DNA from: a virus
Taxonomy: Duplodnaviria; Caudoviricetes
Direction: 5' to 3' (one strand)
DNA length: 64,000 nt
IMG/VR virus record: IMGVR_UViG_3300013368_000005
Coordinates: 32,001-96,000 of that record
This document shows, piece by piece, positions 59,208 to 64,000 of the stretch (positions are counted from its first letter, which is position 1; each line of letters starts with the position of its first letter). The position numbers and the translations under genes are program-made. The notes below the pieces were generated by a model. It was not told where the DNA came from. It worked only from the letters and a program-made list of their open reading frames with translations, and searched no databases.

Positions 59208-60413
59208 TTATGAGAAATAAGCACCACCAAGTGTAATCCATCCAGAAGTTGTTTTTAATTTTATTACTTTATTTATACTATCTATCCATAACTCATTTTC
59301 TAAAGCATTAACAGGTTCCATAGTCTGAATGTAATATGTCGGTTTCTTAGATAGCATGGCATCAACTTCAGATTTTGTATATACCATATTAGTATCTACC
59401 TTAGAAGCTATCTGTTGGATTATAGTGCTTGACATATTGGGATTACTTGCCAACATATTAGAAAGTTGGGTCAAAGTAGCTAAATCTGTTGGGGAAGCAT
59501 TGATTATACTTTGAATTAAATCTTGAGTTTCTTGTTTTGTATAAGTATTATATCCATCAGCCTTTGATGTAAAGTAAGTTATTTGATCTTCGGTAACAAA
59601 TTTGTTATACATATCTTGAACTATACTCTCTGCTCTGATAGCTATATCATCAGCAAGTTTTATTGATGTTATAGATTTATCTGCATAATTTTTGGTTGTA
59701 AGAACTGTATTGGCGTTTAAATCATAAAATCTAGTATAAAAAAATATAAATAATGCAAACTCTCCTTGATTTAGGGCATCATTTGGGTTTTTAATTACTA
59801 AATCATCGCCTTTTACTTCATACTTTCCACTAAAATTATAGCCTCTAACAATTACAGCCATCTTATCTTGAGCCAAATCATAATTAGCTATCGGATATGG
59901 TATTTTTATTATCATCTGTTTATCTCTAGTAGCATGTACATAAATAGATTTACTAGCTGTAACTGCTATTTTATCAATAGCCTCTAAGGATTCTGCTAAT
60001 GTACTTCCATCTTCCATAATTACAACACTTGATAATGTTGTAGGAGCGATACTCTGCTCCATTGCAGCATAAAGTCCTTTTGTAGAATAAGTACTTTGTA
60101 AGAACTCATCTGAAGAGAATGCTGTTGTTAAGAAATCTTGTTGATCTTGTATAGTAAGCCATATTAAACCATCGTGCTTGTATACATTACCAGTTTCTTT
60201 AACATAATAAACTTTAGTCATTGACGTATATTGTAATAGGTCTTTATCAGCTTCGGTTGATAGATATATTATTTCATTTAATATTATACGTTGTTCATCT
60301 GATAGATCAAAAAAAGATTCTTTTGTATCAGTGCAATATATTATTTGATTTGTAAATAATCGAGTATTTCCTAACATATCTCGTATTATTTCTTTATAAC
60401 TAACAAATGACAT
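59208..60413 (-). CDS. Tail fibre protein, paralog of 55510-57090
   Basis: QIIYCTDTKE, APTTLSS, YTKQET / YTKSEVD, ASPTDLATLTQL, NELWID; late promoter at 60439-60450. Confidence 0.8.
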   Translation of the reverse strand: MSFVSYKEIIRDMLGNTRLFTNQIIYCTDTKESFFDLSDEQRIILNEIIYLSTEADKDLLQYTSMTKVYYVKETGNVYKHDGLIWLTIQDQQDFLTTAFSSDEFLQSTYSTKGLYAAMEQSIAPTTLSSVVIMEDGSTLAESLEAIDKIAVTASKSIYVHATRDKQMIIKIPYPIANYDLAQDKMAVIVRGYNFSGKYEVKGDDLVIKNPNDALNQGEFALFIFFYTRFYDLNANTVLTTKNYADKSITSIKLADDIAIRAESIVQDMYNKFVTEDQITYFTSKADGYNTYTKQETQDLIQSIINASPTDLATLTQLSNMLASNPNMSSTIIQQIASKVDTNMVYTKSEVDAMLSKKPTYYIQTMEPVNALENELWIDSINKVIKLKTTSGWITLGGAYFS

Positions 60414-60508
60414 ATTAAATCCTCCTTTATAAATTAATTAATATTATGTTATCTTTATGGATAGATACAAAGAATAACACTTCTTGAATTAACAAGAAGT
60501 GTTATATT

Positions 60509-61027
60509 TTAGTCTAGCATATCATCCCAACTAGGAATCTTTTTATCTAATTCAGCTTTTAGAGTATTTAATGATGTTTTAAATACAAAATAAGAGACTA
60601 TACTATTTTCTGCATAAATTGGGATTAAGTCCCCATCTGCTCCATGCATAGCATTTGCTTCTTCCATTGTTGATACTATATTAGCAAATACTTTAAGCCA
60701 TTTATCATCAAACCATATATATCCTGAACCAGTATTATATAATACATATATAGTGCCTTCTTCACCTACATCAGGTAAAGAATATACTAATTGTGCACTA
60801 TTAACATCGTCTTGTAGTGCTAAAGCTTTTAATTCTTTATTTGAATTAATTATATATGCTTTATTTGAACCATTGTCAGTGGTAACACCTATAACTTGAT
60901 TAATATAAGATGTTGGACTATTTGCATATGCAATTGCCTCATTTATAGTATTAAAAACTGTATCGACATCTAAGGGACCACTAAATAATCTCTTATAACT
61001 TAAAACCATTGAAGTACCTGTTGCCAT
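60509..61027 (-). CDS. Tail-associated protein
   Basis: YKRLFSGPLD...SYINQVIGV; LPDVGEEGTIY; lies in the tail cluster. Confidence 0.6.
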   Translation of the reverse strand: MATGTSMVLSYKRLFSGPLDVDTVFNTINEAIAYANSPTSYINQVIGVTTDNGSNKAYIINSNKELKALALQDDVNSAQLVYSLPDVGEEGTIYVLYNTGSGYIWFDDKWLKVFANIVSTMEEANAMHGADGDLIPIYAENSIVSYFVFKTSLNTLKAELDKKIPSWDDMLD

Positions 61028-61040
61028 TTTAAATCCCTCC

Positions 61041-62219
61041 TTAAATAGTTACAGTATACGTATCTGAACTTACGAATGGAATACTAGGTGTATAAATATA
61101 TACTTTATATTCTATAGGTTCATAACTATTAACACCGCTTACTTGAATTAATTGTTTTGTAAAAGTATTTTTAACATCTAAATTTAATGCACTAGATATT
61201 ACACTTGTAATATCTCTTAATGCAGATGGATAAGCAAATATTATCATTGATGTACCAAGTGATATATTTATAGTTAATTTGCTTCCATTAATAGGATCTA
61301 ATACATTTTGAGGTAAAGCTCTAATATTATCACTATCAATAGTGTTTATTGTGGATATTAGACTACCATAGAAGGCTTTTCTTTTACCTATATATTTTAG
61401 TGTAGACGAAAGTGTTCCTGCATTTATTTGACCTATCGGATAATCGTTACCTAAATTATCTTGTTTTATAGCTCCTTGATTATAATCTACAGTAGATGTG
61501 AATTTTAGATTTTCACCATCTGGCACAACTATACTAGTTTGTGAATAAGGTTGGATAACCAAAGTATCTACGACCTTAGTAGTACCTAACGAATCGATTC
61601 TGGATAGACTATATTTAGTTATATCTCCTGCATCATTTTTAATAAATGAACTATTTATAGTTGGAGAAATTGCAGAACCAGATTCTAAAGTTTGTATGCC
61701 TCCTGGTATTATTGATAAAATAGGCATTTTATAAATAGGAGGGATTATTTTTGCCATTTGATTTGCTATTATTGTTTGGATAGGAGTGCCAGATGGTATT
61801 ATATCTCCGTCTTTATATACTCCTATATTTTGTCCTATAACATTTATAGGAACAGTAGTTAATAGATTATCTGCTCCAGTTCCTATACCAGTTTTTATAT
61901 ATTCTCTAATAGCTTCAGCGGTTACTAATCCGACTGTAGATTCATCCATTATATTAGAAATGTCTGGAATTAACTGTTTCCACTCTATCCCATTCCATAT
62001 ATTTACACTTAAATTTGGTAATATATAGATTTTATTTTTACCTGCAACGGTAGGTAACTCATTTACAAATGTTGCGTTTTGTGTATAACACTCATTCCCT
62101 TTATAAATTTCTTTTGTATCATTTATATAGTATAAAGCATTTGGATTTTTAATTTGTATTAATTCGTATTCCGAATGCGTAACATTAAACCATTGAATTA
62201 TATTGGTTATTTCAGCCAT
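61041..62219 (-). CDS. Tail-associated or fibre protein
   Basis: KNPNALYYINDTKEIYKG, IWNGIEW, IIFAYP, YKVYIY; late promoter at 62238-62249. Confidence 0.65.
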   Translation of the reverse strand: MAEITNIIQWFNVTHSEYELIQIKNPNALYYINDTKEIYKGNECYTQNATFVNELPTVAGKNKIYILPNLSVNIWNGIEWKQLIPDISNIMDESTVGLVTAEAIREYIKTGIGTGADNLLTTVPINVIGQNIGVYKDGDIIPSGTPIQTIIANQMAKIIPPIYKMPILSIIPGGIQTLESGSAISPTINSSFIKNDAGDITKYSLSRIDSLGTTKVVDTLVIQPYSQTSIVVPDGENLKFTSTVDYNQGAIKQDNLGNDYPIGQINAGTLSSTLKYIGKRKAFYGSLISTINTIDSDNIRALPQNVLDPINGSKLTINISLGTSMIIFAYPSALRDITSVISSALNLDVKNTFTKQLIQVSGVNSYEPIEYKVYIYTPSIPFVSSDTYTVTI

Positions 62220-62254
62220 ACTAATACCTCCTTAAACTATGATGTTGTTATATA

Positions 62255-63286
62255 TTATTGTTTCCAAGCCAATAATGTATCTATTTCTTGTTTACTATAA
62301 TAGCTTCTAATTATGTCTTCTACAGAATAATATCCATCTCTAATATCTATTTTATCAAAGTATAAATCTTTCATTTCATTTACATCATAATATTCAGTTG
62401 CTAATTCTTGTTTAGAAACATAGTTTTGTTCTAGATAAGCTACATCTACTTCGACTTGTTCTTCACTTCCAGTTCCTATTTCTCCATAAGCAGAATATTC
62501 TGCCATCCAAGTATTACCAGAATCCCATGTTATAAACTTATATATTTGATGAGAGTTTGCAGCAGGTTGAACACCTCTATTATTTCTAAATAAGATATTT
62601 TCACCGAATTTAAATTCTGGTTTAAACGAATACGTTATTATATGCCAATATATTTCACAGAATTCATCTAATGTTTTTGGTAATATAATAGTAGCATTTT
62701 CATGCATATTGGTAGTCATTTGTCTTTTAATAGCTTTTAAATTCACTCTACCATTTACAGGTTCTATTTTTTCAACTCTTGTACTTTTAGTGGAATCTTC
62801 ATTATCTGGAATACCTCCCCCGCTACCATCAGGATTATCTCCAGCTATTGGTAAATCTGTCCATACTATACTTCCATTTTTCTTTTGAGGTACGGTTAAT
62901 TCTCTTGCAGTATCAAATCCGACTATTTGTATAAATGAATATTTACTTTCAATAGAAGATCCATCTAATTTACTAGCTTTAGGAATATAATGCATAGTTC
63001 TATTAGAATCTACTACCTGTAATGAATTATCTATAGCTGTTTTTATTTGAATAAGATATTCTGTTAAATTTATAGTACCCAATCCAGGAATGGTAATTTC
63101 TATTTTATCTCCGCCTATATTATCTATAGCATTTTTTATTTCGGATGTTACATCGATTAATTCCCCTGTAGAAGAAGCTATATAAATATCTCCAGTTTCA
63201 TAATTAATTACCAATTCCTTGGGCTTAGCCAAATGTTTATCTTTATAATCTAAAGGACTAAAAGGAACCCTTCCTAATTTTGCCAT
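62255..63286 (-). CDS. Tail-associated or fibre protein
   Basis: ELVINYETGDIYI N-module; TWDSGNTW; C-terminal YYSKQEID repeats; late promoter at 63313-63324. Confidence 0.65.
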   Translation of the reverse strand: MAKLGRVPFSPLDYKDKHLAKPKELVINYETGDIYIASSTGELIDVTSEIKNAIDNIGGDKIEITIPGLGTINLTEYLIQIKTAIDNSLQVVDSNRTMHYIPKASKLDGSSIESKYSFIQIVGFDTARELTVPQKKNGSIVWTDLPIAGDNPDGSGGGIPDNEDSTKSTRVEKIEPVNGRVNLKAIKRQMTTNMHENATIILPKTLDEFCEIYWHIITYSFKPEFKFGENILFRNNRGVQPAANSHQIYKFITWDSGNTWMAEYSAYGEIGTGSEEQVEVDVAYLEQNYVSKQELATEYYDVNEMKDLYFDKIDIRDGYYSVEDIIRSYYSKQEIDTLLAWKQ

Positions 63287-63349
63287 AATATTTACCTCCT
63301 TTTAATAATATTTACATAAATGTTCTAAATAATTATAGACTAGCATCTG

Positions 63350-64000
63350 CTAGTCTATAATTTTATCATTTATATTTGCATCTAAAGCCCTAATAATAAC
63401 ATTTCCATCATTATCTGTTTCAGTAAATTCAGTATCATCGAAATCATATACAAATAATCCATTTTCAGAAGTTGCATGAGCAAGATAATAATCATATATA
63501 ACTTTATAGATTACTTCTTTCATCCCTATAGCATTTTTATTAACTATATCTTCTATATCGTTAATATTGCTTATACCAAATAAATCAGTTAATTCATTTA
63601 TATTAGTATTTATAGATTGTTCCATAGTGGATATATTATTCATAAATAATTCATATAATGTATTATCATTAGGAATATATTTTAGTATGGTTAGATTCTT
63701 TGAACTAGAAATATCTGTATCAATTATTTTTATCTTATTAGCATCAATATCTATTAATTGATCCTTTCTAAGCTTTCTTCCATTTATAAAGAATAATAAT
63801 AAATCTTTACTTAACGGATAATTTATGTCACTTCTACCAACTACAAGATTTCCTGTTATAGGCACATTAGGATTAACTGGAATTTCTTCTAGAATAAATG
63901 GCATATAAAAAACTTCCACTTTATCAGATTTCCTCAAAGGTATATTAGTATATATAGCAACTTCATCAAAAGGTCTAGTTGTCTTTATAATGGTAATCCT
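63350..64000 (-). CDS. C-terminal part of a structural protein continuing past the window
   Basis: Frame is open from 64000 to the stop at 63350; LFFINGRKL motif. Confidence 0.6.
   Translation of the reverse strand, partial: RITIIKTTRPFDEVAIYTNIPLRKSDKVEVFYMPFILEEIPVNPNVPITGNLVVGRSDINYPLSKDLLLFFINGRKLRKDQLIDIDANKIKIIDTDISSSKNLTILKYIPNDNTLYELFMNNISTMEQSINTNINELTDLFGISNINDIEDIVNKNAIGMKEVIYKVIYDYYLAHATSENGLFVYDFDDTEFTETDNDGNVIIRALDANINDKIID

Larger units (their letters stand above)
50222..63324 (-). promoter_or_regulatory. Series of late-type AACA-N6-TA promoters in tail-cluster intergenic gaps
   Basis: Matches at 50222-50233, 52038-52049, 54577-54588, 57120-57131, 60439-60450, 62238-62249 and 63313-63324, each a short distance upstream of an SD and start codon. 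Confidence 0.7.

Noticed and set aside
1691-63761. Other short opposite-strand ORFs in the track (e.g. 1691, 2477, 3278, 4829, 6807, 16282, 24238, 43230, 52629, 58178, 61786, 63567)
   Set aside because: They are nested antisense to longer, motif-bearing genes and lack RBSs.
1-64000. tRNA or rRNA genes, integrase or transposase, nucleus shell (ChmA) or tubulin genes, alternative genetic code
   Set aside because: None recognisable by eye in this window. ORFs tile densely under the standard code with TAA, TAG and TGA all used as stops.

Overview
Very AT-rich, gene-dense 64 kb segment of a jumbo bacteriophage of the phiKZ/AR9(PBS1)-like type. The host is probably a Firmicute, inferred from strong GGAGG Shine-Dalgarno sites, DUF1653 and a DUF859-like tail domain. 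The window holds three separate pieces of a split multisubunit RNA polymerase: a beta piece cut by the left edge, beta' N-terminal with the DFDGD active site, and beta' C-terminal with bridge helix and trigger loop. It also encodes ThyX, a thymidylate kinase-like protein, RNase H, a DEDDh exonuclease, a phage N6-adenine methyltransferase, a kinase-like protein, a BCS1-like AAA ATPase, YD-like repeat proteins, many small early hypotheticals, a holin-like gene and a minus-strand tail-fibre cluster (48.8-64 kb). Two promoter classes can be read from the DNA: TATATTAT (early-like) and AACA-N6-T[A/G] (AR9 late-like). The strongest candidate for a new system is inside the tail cluster, where three radical SAM enzymes sit beside two long Cys-repeat proteins (about 13 CxCxxR[T/V/G] units, and a long CxxxC run). 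One enzyme carries a copy of the substrate motif plus an RHH-like tail. This suggests RiPP-style chemical modification of phage structural proteins. Notable non-coding features are a duplicated, inverted ~140 bp element at the strand-switch point, short promoter-to-terminator units complementary to phage RBS/start codons (candidate sRNAs), and a four-copy 5' leader hairpin with compensatory changes. All calls come from reading motifs by eye; no database search was run.
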